Source of the DNA: an uncultured Legionellaceae bacterium
Lineage (GTDB): Bacteria; Pseudomonadota; Gammaproteobacteria; Legionellales; Legionellaceae
Reading direction: 5' to 3'
Assembly (NCBI GenBank): GCA_964572685.1
Contig: CAZNFJ010000001.1
Coordinates: forward strand, 7,838 to 71,837
DNA length: 64,000 bases
The notes below the pieces were generated by a model that saw only the letters and a program-made list of their open reading frames with translations, ran no database searches and had not been told where the DNA came from. Numbering within the stretch: position 1 is the stretch's first letter; every line of letters begins with the position of its first letter. The position numbers and the translations under genes are program-made. Of the stretch, positions 55,114 to 64,000 are shown one piece after another.

Positions 55114-55584
55114 TTAGAATGGAATATCATCATCCAATAATTCAAAACCTTCATGTTGATCCATTGCTGCAGGTGCTGCATTTTGACTTGGACGTGCTGC
55201 AGGTGTTGCACTTGTTGCAGGCTTATTCATGTCCATATTGGATGTCGAACGAGAATCCAGTAATTGCATTTCATTGGCAATGATTTCGGTGGTGTAACGC
55301 TCAACACCTTGTTGATCTTGCCATTTACGGGTGCGCAAACTGCCTTCAATATAAATTCGAGAACCTTTTTTAGTGTATTCTCCAGCAATTTCACCTAATC
55401 TGTTGTAGAACACGACACGATGCCATTCGGTTCGGTCTTGTTTTTCACCCGTTTGTTTATCCTTCCATGTTTCTGAGGTTGCAATGGAAAGTGTTGTGAC
55501 CGCATTGCCATTTGGCATATATCTGACTTCTGGGTCACTTCCAACATTTCCAATTAATATGACTTTATTAATTCCACGTGCCAC
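55114..55584 (-). CDS. ssb: Single-stranded DNA-binding protein
   Basis: [30 protein letters not shown] fold, Pro/Ala/Gln linker, acidic tail DDDIPF. GTG start at 55584 with a GGAGA RBS; the track ORF is over-extended. Confidence 0.95.
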   Translation of the reverse strand: MARGINKVILIGNVGSDPEVRYMPNGNAVTTLSIATSETWKDKQTGEKQDRTEWHRVVFYNRLGEIAGEYTKKGSRIYIEGSLRTRKWQDQQGVERYTTEIIANEMQLLDSRSTSNMDMNKPATSATPAARPSQNAAPAAMDQHEGFELLDDDIPF

Positions 55585-55732
55585 GATTTTCTCCAAAGAT
55601 AATATCTGTATAATTATAACTGAAACTCCAAAACTCCTCAAATATTCCAGACACATCTCTTTAATTCCATTTGAACAACTTTAGAGCGAATGTTACACTC
55701 CTTTTTTGATACATTTTTCGAGATTGTTATTT

Positions 55733-56923
55733 ATGCCTCAGCCCTATGCAAATAAAAAAATCTTATTAGGCGTTTGTGGTGGAGTAGCCGCTTATAAAAG
55801 TGTGGAATTAGCTCGTCTTTTAAAACAAATGGGTGCTCAAGTACAGGTAGTGATGACAGAGTCTGCTCAGGATTTTGTGGGACCACAAACGTTTCAAGCG
55901 GTCACTGGCTTTCCTGTGACGCAAGCAACCAATGATGCAAGTTTTGCACAATCTATGGCGCATATTGATTTGAGTCGCTGGGCAGATATGCTCATTATTG
56001 CACCTGCAACCGCGAATTTCATGGCCAAAATGGCGCATGGTATGGCTGATGATTTATTATCTTTACTATGTTTAATGGTTAAGGGGCCTATTCTTGTTTG
56101 TCCAGCGATGAATGTTCACATGTGGCAACATCCTGCTACGCAACATAATACCATGCTTTTAAAGGAGCGTGGGGTTGTGATTGTTGGGCCAGAAGAAGGT
56201 GAACAAGCTTGTGGTGATGTTGGTGCCGGAAGAATGCGTGAACCACAATGGATTGTAAATGCGATAGATTTGTGGTCGATTGCCGATATATTTCGTGGCA
56301 CACGCTTTGTTTTGACGGCAGGTCCCACGCGCGAACGTATTGATCCTATTCGTTTTATCAGTAATAAAAGCTCGGGTCTTATGGGTTATGCTTTAGCTGA
56401 AGCATTGGCTTTTGCAGGTGCTGAAGTGGTGTTGGTCACAGGCCCTTGTGCCTGTCCCATTCCTCCTGGTGTTCGAGCCCATTGGGTAGAAACAGCTGAA
56501 GACATGTATCAGAAGGTACTTAAACTTTTAACACCTGAAGATTTTTTTATTGGCGTTGCTGCCGTTTCAGATTTTAAGCTTCGAGAGCCTGCTTTACAAA
56601 AAATTAAAAAACAAAATCGAACGCATTTGACCCTTGATTTAGAACTTTCAAAAGATATTTTGTTGAGCATCAAACAACAACAACTCGCTAAAAAAGTGAT
56701 TGGTTTTGCAGCAGAAACCGAAAATCTTTTAGAGTATGCTCGCCAAAAACTTGAAAAAAAAGCGGATATGATCATTGCCAATGATGTTTCGGGTAAGCTG
56801 GGTTTTGAATCTGTTGATAATACCGTGACGATTGTCACCCCTAAGAGTGAAGTGCATTTTCCGGCTGCTCGAAAAATTTTGATTGCTAAACAAATTGTTG
56901 AGTTTTTGAAACAAGAATTATAA
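55733..56923 (+). CDS. coaBC: Bifunctional phosphopantothenoylcysteine decarboxylase / phosphopantothenate-cysteine ligase
   Basis: [16 protein letters not shown] flavoprotein N-terminus, PAMNVHMW, and the CoaB domain ([19 protein letters not shown]). Confidence 0.9.
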   Translation: MPQPYANKKILLGVCGGVAAYKSVELARLLKQMGAQVQVVMTESAQDFVGPQTFQAVTGFPVTQATNDASFAQSMAHIDLSRWADMLIIAPATANFMAKMAHGMADDLLSLLCLMVKGPILVCPAMNVHMWQHPATQHNTMLLKERGVVIVGPEEGEQACGDVGAGRMREPQWIVNAIDLWSIADIFRGTRFVLTAGPTRERIDPIRFISNKSSGLMGYALAEALAFAGAEVVLVTGPCACPIPPGVRAHWVETAEDMYQKVLKLLTPEDFFIGVAAVSDFKLREPALQKIKKQNRTHLTLDLELSKDILLSIKQQQLAKKVIGFAAETENLLEYARQKLEKKADMIIANDVSGKLGFESVDNTVTIVTPKSEVHFPAARKILIAKQIVEFLKQEL

Positions 56924-56934
56924 ATAAAGGAATC

Positions 56935-57396
56935 ATGATGAAAAATTTTGTACAAGTTAAAGTCCTAGATAGTCGTATAGGTGAAAGTATTCCCTTTCCA
57001 ACTTATGCAAGTGATGGCGCGGCTGGTTTAGATCTACGCGTATGCAGTGATGAAGTTATTCGGATAGAACCAGGACAAGTCGAACTTTTATCCACAGGTA
57101 TTGCTATGTATTTGGCTGATCCGCAATATGCGGCCATGCTTTTGCCGCGTTCAGGTCTGGGTCATAAACATGGAATTGTTTTGGGTAACTTAATTGGTTT
57201 GATTGATTCGGACTATCAGGGGGAAATTAAAGTTTCTTGTTGGAATCGTGGACAACAAGCTTATGAGATACAGCCTGGTGAGCGGATTGCGCAATTGGTG
57301 ATTGTTCCTGTTGTTCAAGCACAATTTAAATTTGTAGAACAATTTGAAGCCTCCTCTCGTAATGAAAGTGGTTTTGGCAGTTCAGGAAGACTTTAA
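56935..57396 (+). CDS. dut: dUTP diphosphatase
   Basis: [46 protein letters not shown] motifs. Confidence 0.95.
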   Translation: MMKNFVQVKVLDSRIGESIPFPTYASDGAAGLDLRVCSDEVIRIEPGQVELLSTGIAMYLADPQYAAMLLPRSGLGHKHGIVLGNLIGLIDSDYQGEIKVSCWNRGQQAYEIQPGERIAQLVIVPVVQAQFKFVEQFEASSRNESGFGSSGRL

Positions 57397-58802
57397 TGAA
57401 TAAAATTTATCAAATAATTGAAACCAGTCCCAGTATTTTCCGAGCTTATGATATTCGTGGCTTGGTTGATTTACAATTGAACGAAGATGTTTATTTTACC
57501 ATCGGTTTTGCTTTGGCTCGTATCTTAGAAAAACTAAATCGGCAAGAAATTGTAATTGCCTTTGATGGTCGATTAACTAGTAAACCTTATGCTCGTGCTT
57601 TAGAACAAGCATTAAGCTGTCAGGGGATTCATGTGACCATGTTGGGAGTGGTCCCTACGGCATGCATGTATTATGCCACGCATCATTTGGCGATGGATTG
57701 TGGGCTAATGGTCACTGGTAGTCATAACCCCAAAGAATATAATGGTTTGAAATTGGTCTTGGCTGGTCAAACGGCAAAGCAAGAACAAATTCAGGAAATA
57801 TTGGCTGAATCTCAAAAACTGGATATAGGGTTAAGTTTTACTGAGAAAAACTATCCGACTGTCGAAGTGGATATTGTCACTCCTTATGTACAAGAGATTC
57901 TTGGGGATATACATTTAAGTCGTCCTTTAAAAGTGATTGCGGATTTTGGTCATGGTGTAGGCGCGGTGATGGGGCCTGAGCTTTTTAAAAAACTTGGCTG
58001 TGAATTAATTTCGCTCTATGATACCGTGGATGGTAATTTTCCAGCCCATCATCCCGATCCGACCATTCCTAAAAATTTAGAAGATTTGCAAAAAGCATTA
58101 AAAACTTACCATGCCGATATCGGTTTAGCTTTTGATGGAGATGCCGATCGCTTAGGGGTCGTGACTCCAGAAGGAGAAATCATTTGGCCTGATCGCGTGA
58201 TGTTAATTCTGGCTCGAGATGTTTTAAAAAGAAACCCACATGCAAAAATTGTTTATGATGTAAAGTGCTCAAAACAGTTAAAAGAAGGTATTTTACAAGC
58301 GGGTGGCCAACCAATCATGTCACCAACAGGGCATTCTCTGGTAAAAGGCATTATGCGCACTGAAAAAGCGGAATTAGCCGGTGAAATGAGTGGACATATT
58401 TTCTTTAAGGAACGATGGTATGGTTTTGATGATGGACTGTATAGTGCTTGCCGATTATTAGAAATTTTAAGTCAGTTTCCAACACCCCTGGCATTATTTG
58501 AGACTTTACCACCGACACCTGTCTCTACACCTGAAATTAAAATTGATATTTCCGAAGACAAAAAATTTGAATTTATGCAAACATTTGCCGAGTTGGCACA
58601 ATTTGAGGATGCGGAACTTATTAATATTGATGGTTTGCGTTTGGAGTTTAATAATGGGTGGGGTTTATTGCGTGCTTCAAATACATCTCCTTGTTTGGTT
58701 TCTCGATTTGAGGCTCAGACGCAGGAGGATTTGGAACATATCCAAGCACTTTTTAAACAAGAAATTCATAAAATCGATGCCAGCTTGGCATTACCTTTTT
58801 AG
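57396..58802 (+). CDS. algC: Phosphomannomutase/phosphoglucomutase
   Basis: Active-site TGSHNP, metal loop FDGDADR, GEMSGH. coaBC-dut-algC synteny as in Pseudomonas/Legionella. Confidence 0.9.
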   Translation: MNKIYQIIETSPSIFRAYDIRGLVDLQLNEDVYFTIGFALARILEKLNRQEIVIAFDGRLTSKPYARALEQALSCQGIHVTMLGVVPTACMYYATHHLAMDCGLMVTGSHNPKEYNGLKLVLAGQTAKQEQIQEILAESQKLDIGLSFTEKNYPTVEVDIVTPYVQEILGDIHLSRPLKVIADFGHGVGAVMGPELFKKLGCELISLYDTVDGNFPAHHPDPTIPKNLEDLQKALKTYHADIGLAFDGDADRLGVVTPEGEIIWPDRVMLILARDVLKRNPHAKIVYDVKCSKQLKEGILQAGGQPIMSPTGHSLVKGIMRTEKAELAGEMSGHIFFKERWYGFDDGLYSACRLLEILSQFPTPLALFETLPPTPVSTPEIKIDISEDKKFEFMQTFAELAQFEDAELINIDGLRLEFNNGWGLLRASNTSPCLVSRFEAQTQEDLEHIQALFKQEIHKIDASLALPF

Positions 58803-60086
58803 GTGATAAAACATTAAATCTAAGAACTGTTGGTGCTGTAATCGAGCACCAATCTTTTCTTTATGCACGATTTGGTAATGATGTTTTTTTGCTTCTTCTT
58901 CAATGGTTTTTGGGTGGTAGCTGATTCGACCACTGGCTTCAAGATTTTGGGGATATATTTCTGATATTTCAATCGTCAATAGAATTTCCCCAATATTTTC
59001 AAATTCAAAAATTTTTAAAAAATCTGGCATGTAGGGAGAAACATCAAAAGCCATGAGGCAAGCAATGGGTTGGAGATGTTGATTGAGAAATTCGATTGCA
59101 TCTTGGCAGTCTAGTTCATCATAAATATTTTTTTGTTCTGCTTTTTTAAGCATTTCTTTGGAGAAATCAACGCCCCTTAAATGCACGCTTACTTTTTTGA
59201 TAATTTGACCACATAAGCCGGTTCCACAACCCATTTCTACCACATGTTTAAAATTTTTATCAGATAAATACCTGCTTAAATAGTAAGGTAATTGATACTC
59301 AAGAACCTGTGACAAATGTTTATCATAATCATGGGCATAATTTTCAAATAAATTTTGAACATAATCACGGTGATGGGACAAATTCATTTTTTGATTGAAT
59401 AAAGTATCGAGCATGAATTGTAAATGAGGCTCGTTTTTAATTTTTTGCGCAGTCTTTAAATAAAAAAGAGCCGCAGTAAGGTCTTTTTTTTGCCAGTAAA
59501 GGCACGCTAAATTGTATAGGCTATCGTAGTGAGTCGGATGTTCTTGTAAAATTTGACGATAATGAAATATAGCGTCATCTAACCAACCTTTTTTCTGCAG
59601 ACAAGCGGCTAAATTGAAACGTATATCATAACGCTTAGGTTGCCTATAAAGGATTTGGGCATATTGTTGGATGGCCTTGGCAAGATGGTGATATTCAACA
59701 TAAAGATTCGCAAGATTATTGGGTGTTTCTAAATGGTGGGGGTGGTGTTTTAAATTAAAGCGAAAAAAACTTAAAGATTTTTTAAGTTTTTTTTGTTTCC
59801 AATAAACAATGGCTAAGTTACAAATGATATCAGCATCCCATGGAATGTCTTGTCTTAATTTTTCAAAGCTCTCTTCAGCGCCTTGCCAATGGTGCATCGA
59901 CATTTGTGCAATACCCAATTGAAAGAGCGCATAATGAAAATCTGGAGTCTGTTGATGGATGTAATAAAGAAGGCTTGCGGCTTTGTACCAATTTTTTTCC
60001 CGGAACGCGTGCCTGGCGTCTTCATAAATTTTTTTAAGACGCCAGGCACGCGGTTGAATAGAATCATTTAGTACTAATAATGTCAT
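58791..60086 (-). CDS. TPR-repeat / class I SAM-dependent methyltransferase fusion protein
   Basis: N-terminal about 230 aa of TPR-like repeats (YKAASLLYY.., WQGAEESF.., LAKAIQQY.., DDAIFHY..), then methyltransferase motif I VVEMGCGTGLCG. Confidence 0.75.
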   Translation of the reverse strand: MTLLVLNDSIQPRAWRLKKIYEDARHAFREKNWYKAASLLYYIHQQTPDFHYALFQLGIAQMSMHHWQGAEESFEKLRQDIPWDADIICNLAIVYWKQKKLKKSLSFFRFNLKHHPHHLETPNNLANLYVEYHHLAKAIQQYAQILYRQPKRYDIRFNLAACLQKKGWLDDAIFHYRQILQEHPTHYDSLYNLACLYWQKKDLTAALFYLKTAQKIKNEPHLQFMLDTLFNQKMNLSHHRDYVQNLFENYAHDYDKHLSQVLEYQLPYYLSRYLSDKNFKHVVEMGCGTGLCGQIIKKVSVHLRGVDFSKEMLKKAEQKNIYDELDCQDAIEFLNQHLQPIACLMAFDVSPYMPDFLKIFEFENIGEILLTIEISEIYPQNLEASGRISYHPKTIEEEAKKHHYQIVHKEKIGARLQHQQFLDLMFYHLKR

Positions 60087-60657
60087 GATGTAAAAGATGA
60101 GTTTTTAATTGTGAAAGGGCTTGGCCACGATGACTAAGTATATTTTTTTCTTCTGCACTTAATTCTGCAGCAGTACAATGATGGCTATCTACATAAAAAA
60201 TAGGATCATAGCCAAAGCCATGTATTCCTCGTTCTTCATCGATGATGCGTCCTTCCCATTGTCCTAAACCAATCAGAGGGCAAGGATCATGTTCATGTCG
60301 CAAAACCACCATGGCACAATAAAAGTAAGCTTTGCGGTCTTGAATATGTTGAAGATTTTTAATGAGAAGTTGACGGTTTTCTGCATCATTGGCTTTTGTT
60401 CCAGCATAACGTGCAGAGTAAATACCAGGTTGGCCATTTAAACTTGGAATAACCAATCCTGAGTCGTCTGCCATGACGGGTTTTGATGAGTATTTAGCAA
60501 AATATCGTGCCTTGATGAGGGCATTTTCAATAAAGCTTAAACCAGTTTCCTTAGGTTCGCCTAAAGACCATTCAAAAGCGCCCTGACAAGGAATGGGGGC
60601 AAGTATCTGTGAAATTTCTTTAAATTTATGTGTATTATGCGTGGCAATAACAAGCAT
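60064..60657 (-). CDS. rdgB: dITP/XTP pyrophosphatase (RdgB/HAM1 family)
   Basis: MLVIATHNTHKFKE, ADDSGL, GFGYDPIF, SHRGQA motifs. Confidence 0.9.
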   Translation of the reverse strand: MLVIATHNTHKFKEISQILAPIPCQGAFEWSLGEPKETGLSFIENALIKARYFAKYSSKPVMADDSGLVIPSLNGQPGIYSARYAGTKANDAENRQLLIKNLQHIQDRKAYFYCAMVVLRHEHDPCPLIGLGQWEGRIIDEERGIHGFGYDPIFYVDSHHCTAAELSAEEKNILSHRGQALSQLKTHLLHHDIISTK

Positions 60658-60665
60658 GCCTATTC

Positions 60666-60848
60666 CTAGTAGTTAACAAAATCGCCGGATTTATCTTCAT
60701 CAGGTGTACAACCACCAATGCCATATGCGCAAGTCGAACCCGCGGTATTTTTTCCAGTTTCACCATAATCATCGGGTTTTTTTTCAGCAGCACAAGCACT
60801 GATTAGAAGTATTGAGCTGATTAATGATAGTGTTTTTAAGTTCATCAA
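60666..60848 (-). CDS. Small putative lipoprotein
   Basis: 60 aa, signal peptide with lipobox LLISAC, short Gly/Cys/Asp-rich mature part. Confidence 0.5.
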   Translation of the reverse strand: MMNLKTLSLISSILLISACAAEKKPDDYGETGKNTAGSTCAYGIGGCTPDEDKSGDFVNY

Positions 60849-60963
60849 AAAATCCTTTTAAAACATATTTTTAGATATATTAGCTTAAATTGATTAAGAG
60901 CGATATGTGAAAAACATGGTTTTTGATGATGAGAATAAATCTTATTTGATATATAACAATTTT

Positions 60964-60993
60964 TTAAGCATGATGGTTTTTTTCTGTTATAAT
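60964..60993 (+). promoter_or_regulatory. Candidate extended -10 promoter for the ankyrin-repeat gene
   Basis: TTAAGC, 18-nt spacer, TGT-TATAAT (60988-60993). It lies inside the long track ORF, which favours the ATG at 61027. Confidence 0.3.
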
Positions 60994-61026
60994 ATTAGCA
61001 ATTTTGTCTTTTTTTTTGGCTCTTAT

Positions 61027-61818
61027 ATGCAAAGTTTAGCGGATTACATTGTTCAACAGTTGATAAAAAATAATTTAACCTCTGATCAAAAAATTCAAAA
61101 GATTGAACATATCTTTCGTATTAGTCATGATGTTCAATATCATAATGGTCAATATTTTGCACTGGATGTTGAATTGACAGCAGATGATGTGATTGTTCGT
61201 GAGATCAGTGCGGTCAATTTAAGACGTTCAAATGGTAATACTTTATTATTTTTAGCTGCTAAAGATAGAGATTATGTACTCCTTGACTGGTTGATTTCTA
61301 ATGGAGCAGATATCAATCAACGCAATTTTAAACAACAGTGTATTTTGCATGAGGCCATTGAGCATGGACAGTTTGAAATTTTTGAATACTTGTTTAAAAG
61401 GGGGGCTATTCGACTTTATGAACACCATAAATATGCGCGCTTAAAGCTTCAGGAGCTGGAAAGTCAAGTTGAACCTAATATTTCTGTTTATCATGGTGTA
61501 CAAAATATTTTGCAACATTTTGAGCGGTTTCCTTTGAATTACGCGGCATTCATGCGATATCATCTTCAGCAACGAGATCCGGATACTATTTGGCTCACTA
61601 AAATGTATATGTGGCGTTTTATTCATACCTATCGAATTCTAAGAGGGACATTTAAACGACTATCAACTTGCCAAGTATCTGCTATATTATCATATCTATA
61701 TGATTTTCAAGACACATTTTCAGATGATCTTTTAGCCCGTAGCGAACGGTCTAAATTGGCAATATTAAATGATTGTGATGAAGATGCTCATCAAAATTTG
61801 ATGGTAAAGTTTTTTTGA
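61027..61818 (+). CDS. Ankyrin-repeat protein (eukaryotic-like; candidate Dot/Icm substrate)
   Basis: Two clear ANK units (GNTLLFLAAKDRDYVLLDWLISNGADINQRN / QQCILHEAIEHGQFEIFEYLFKRGA). No signal peptide from 61027. The start is uncertain (60907 in the track). Confidence 0.7.
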   Translation: MQSLADYIVQQLIKNNLTSDQKIQKIEHIFRISHDVQYHNGQYFALDVELTADDVIVREISAVNLRRSNGNTLLFLAAKDRDYVLLDWLISNGADINQRNFKQQCILHEAIEHGQFEIFEYLFKRGAIRLYEHHKYARLKLQELESQVEPNISVYHGVQNILQHFERFPLNYAAFMRYHLQQRDPDTIWLTKMYMWRFIHTYRILRGTFKRLSTCQVSAILSYLYDFQDTFSDDLLARSERSKLAILNDCDEDAHQNLMVKFF

Positions 61819-61905
61819 ATAAATCATTCTTTATTCTTTCATACTTGAACTAATTTATTTTTCATTGAATACTATTTTGAACTATTTTTGCAAAGGAGTG
61901 CTTGC

Positions 61906-64000
61906 GTGTTTAAAAAATTAACTTATTCATTAATGTTGGGCTTATTAGGTCATATGACCTATGCTGCTGAGTATGATTGGTGGCCCAATCAATTGGATTT
62001 AAGCCCTTTAAGACATGCCCAAGATGCTGCTCCCACTGCGCGAGACTTTTCCTATCGAAGAGAGTTTGAAAAACTTGATGTCGATGCACTCATTGCTGAT
62101 TTAAAAACATTGATGCGAACTTCACAACCTTGGTGGCCTGCTGATTATGGTACCTATGGGCCTTTTTTTATTCGTATGGCCTGGCATAGTGCAGGGACTT
62201 ATCGTGTGGTTGATGGTCGTGGTGGTTCAGAAGGTGCTATGCAACGATTTACACCACTGAATAGCTGGCCAGATAATGTAAATTTAGATAAAGCCAGACG
62301 TTTACTTTGGCCTCTGAAGCAAAAATACGGTGAGCAAGTCTCCTGGTCGGATTTATTGGTATTGGCCGGAAATGTTGCCATGGAATCCATGGGCTTTCAA
62401 ACTATTGGTTTTGCTTTTGGTCGAGAAGATGAATGGCTACCTGAACAAGTCAATTGGGGCCCTGAACATGCCTGGCTTGGTCATGAACGTCATACTTCTA
62501 AAGGTCAATTAAAAAACCCATTTGGTGCTACACAAATGGGTTTAATTTATGTCAATCCAGAGGGGCCCAATGGTCAGCCTGACCCTCTTGCCGCCGCTCG
62601 CGATATTCGCGTTACTTTTAGTCGAATGGCAATGAATGATGAAGAAACTGTAGCATTGATTGCTGGTGGGCATGCTTTTGGTAAAGCCCACGGTGCGGCA
62701 AATTCCAAAACTTATCTTGGCCCTGAGCCTGCAGCAGCGCCCATTGAACAACAAGGATTAGGTTGGAAGAATAGCTATGGTACGGGGGTGGGTAAAGATA
62801 CCATTTCATCTGGTCTAGAAGGGGCTTGGAGTGTGACACCAAATCATTGGTCTAATAGTTATTTACAAAACTTATTTCATTATCATTGGGTTCAATCCAA
62901 GTCACCTGCAGGAGCAATTCAATGGATTCCAGATGATCCCAAGGCTCAAAAGTTAGTGCCAGATGCTCATGATTCCAAGTTACGACATGCACCCGTGATG
63001 TTTACTACTGATTTGGCTTTAAAAGAAGATCCTATCTATCGTCCGATAGCCGAACATTTTTTGAAACATCCCGATGATTTACAAAAAGCCTATGCAAACG
63101 CCTGGTTCAAATTGATTCATCGTGACATGGGTCCTAGATCTCGGTATTTGGGCAAACTTGTGCCAAACGAGGTGTTTGTTTGGCAAGACCCCATTCCCAA
63201 ATCTAGTTTTGAACTTGTAAACCCCAAAGATATTCAATCGCTTAAAAGTAAAATTTGGGATTCTCAATTAAGCGTTTCGGATTGTGTCAAAATAGCATGG
63301 GCAAGTGCCTCGACTTTTCGAATCACCGACAAGCGGGGGGGGGGCAATGGTGCAAGGATTCGTTTTTTGCCACAAAATCAATGGGCAGTTAATGAGCCTG
63401 GAAAATTATCCCGTATTTTAAACGTATTAAGCGATATTCAGAAAGATTTTAATCAAAAACAAACTGGAAATAAAAGAATATCGATGGCAGATTTGATTGT
63501 TTTAGCTGGAAATGCCGCAATTGAAAAAGCCAGTGGCAATCAAATAGAGCTTCCCTTTAAACCAGGTCGGGGTGATGCGACTCAAGAGATGACCGATGTC
63601 AAATCCTTTGCAGTTTTAGAACCACATGCCGATGCTTTTCGAAATTATGCAGAAGTGAATATCACCAATACCCCACAACAAATGATTGAAAAAGCATCTA
63701 TGCTGAACCTAAGTGTACCGGAGATGACGGTTTTAATAGGGGGCCTTCGCGTATTAAATGTAAATGTAGGCAATACATCTTATGGTGTTTTGACTAAAAA
63801 TCCAGGTCAATTGACCAATGATTTTTTTGTGAATTTATTGAGCATGAATAATCAATGGAAACCAATCAGTCAAAAAGGCATTTATCAAGCATATGATGAA
63901 ATGGGGCGGCCCATTTGGCAGGCGACAGCTGTCGATTTGGTGTTTGGATCAGAACCTCAATTAAGAGCAGTTTCAGAATACTATGCACAAGAAGGCGCAA
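61906..64000 (+). CDS. katG: Catalase-peroxidase KatG with N-terminal signal peptide (3'-partial; runs off the window; absent from the supplied ORF track)
   Basis: I translated by hand from GTG 61906 (RBS AAAGGAG 7 nt upstream): [20 protein letters not shown]|[12 protein letters not shown].., [36 protein letters not shown]. The frame is open to nt 64000 with no stop. Confidence 0.9.
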   Translation, partial: MFKKLTYSLMLGLLGHMTYAAEYDWWPNQLDLSPLRHAQDAAPTARDFSYRREFEKLDVDALIADLKTLMRTSQPWWPADYGTYGPFFIRMAWHSAGTYRVVDGRGGSEGAMQRFTPLNSWPDNVNLDKARRLLWPLKQKYGEQVSWSDLLVLAGNVAMESMGFQTIGFAFGREDEWLPEQVNWGPEHAWLGHERHTSKGQLKNPFGATQMGLIYVNPEGPNGQPDPLAAARDIRVTFSRMAMNDEETVALIAGGHAFGKAHGAANSKTYLGPEPAAAPIEQQGLGWKNSYGTGVGKDTISSGLEGAWSVTPNHWSNSYLQNLFHYHWVQSKSPAGAIQWIPDDPKAQKLVPDAHDSKLRHAPVMFTTDLALKEDPIYRPIAEHFLKHPDDLQKAYANAWFKLIHRDMGPRSRYLGKLVPNEVFVWQDPIPKSSFELVNPKDIQSLKSKIWDSQLSVSDCVKIAWASASTFRITDKRGGGNGARIRFLPQNQWAVNEPGKLSRILNVLSDIQKDFNQKQTGNKRISMADLIVLAGNAAIEKASGNQIELPFKPGRGDATQEMTDVKSFAVLEPHADAFRNYAEVNITNTPQQMIEKASMLNLSVPEMTVLIGGLRVLNVNVGNTSYGVLTKNPGQLTNDFFVNLLSMNNQWKPISQKGIYQAYDEMGRPIWQATAVDLVFGSEPQLRAVSEYYAQEGA
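63335..63344 (+). repeat. G10 homopolymeric tract inside katG
   Basis: Counted directly: aagc-gggggggggg-caat, encoding R-G-G-G of the conserved DKRGG(A/G)NG block. Currently in frame. Confidence 0.9.

Noticed and set aside
55150-55215. Imperfect direct repeat TGCTGCAGGTG(C/T)TGCA in the 3' part of ssb, and the track ORF 54918-55211 ([16 protein letters not shown]...)
   Set aside because: The repeat encodes the low-complexity Pro/Ala/Gln linker typical of SSB. The listed ORF is an alternative same-strand frame across the ssb 3' end and has no support.
62199-63267. Five short track ORFs (62199-62390, 62330-62512, 62542-62754, 62618-62842, 63079-63267)
   Set aside because: All fall inside the katG reading frame that I translated by hand from 61906 to the window end. 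They are wrong-frame or antisense artefacts.
1-64000. Search by eye for CRISPR arrays, rRNA, IS elements, transposases, integrases, phage genes, toxin-antitoxin pairs or known defence-system signatures
   Set aside because: I recognised no spaced direct-repeat arrays, transposase/integrase-like ORFs, or nuclease/helicase/methylase defence-type genes. The accessory content appears limited to the items reported. A computational repeat and HMM scan would be needed to exclude small or degenerate elements.

Overview
Chromosomal window, about 36-42% GC from hand counts of a few lines, from a Legionellales-type gammaproteobacterium (Legionella/Coxiella-like). The genus cannot be determined from the sequence alone. 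Most of the window is conserved housekeeping genes in classic gammaproteobacterial synteny: tRNA-Val, thrS-infC-rpmI-rplT-pheST-ihfA, rplM-rpsI, petABC, sspAB, nnr-tsaE-amiB-mutL-miaA, rsmD/ftsYEX-rpoH, add, hemH, ssb, coaBC-dut-algC and rdgB. A signal-peptide katG runs off the 3' edge and is missing from the supplied ORF track. Accessory and host-interaction content is interleaved with these blocks. (1) A compact Dot/Icm type IVB secretion block (icmX-icmW / icmV-dotA ... dotB-dotC-dotD) contains two tandem, full-length, diverged dotA paralogues; the second ends in a poly-Gly tail encoded by a 9-bp tandem repeat. (2) A DabB/DabA (DAB) inorganic-carbon pump operon sits divergent from a LysR gene and carries a P-II-like gene and a co-transcribed Cys-rich unknown. 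(3) A tightly overlapped four-gene synthase-dependent exopolysaccharide module (SDR epimerase, TPR+beta-barrel outer-membrane protein, HEAT-repeat membrane protein, processive GT2) lies next to a divergent TviB-like dehydrogenase. (4) Also present are an orphan traT, tandem small outer-membrane beta-barrel paralogues, an AT-rich 771-aa orphan and an ankyrin-repeat protein (candidate effectors), and a G10 homopolymer inside katG. I saw no rRNA, CRISPR array, transposase or integrase. All functional calls rest on motif recognition, synteny and recalled family features; no database search was possible.
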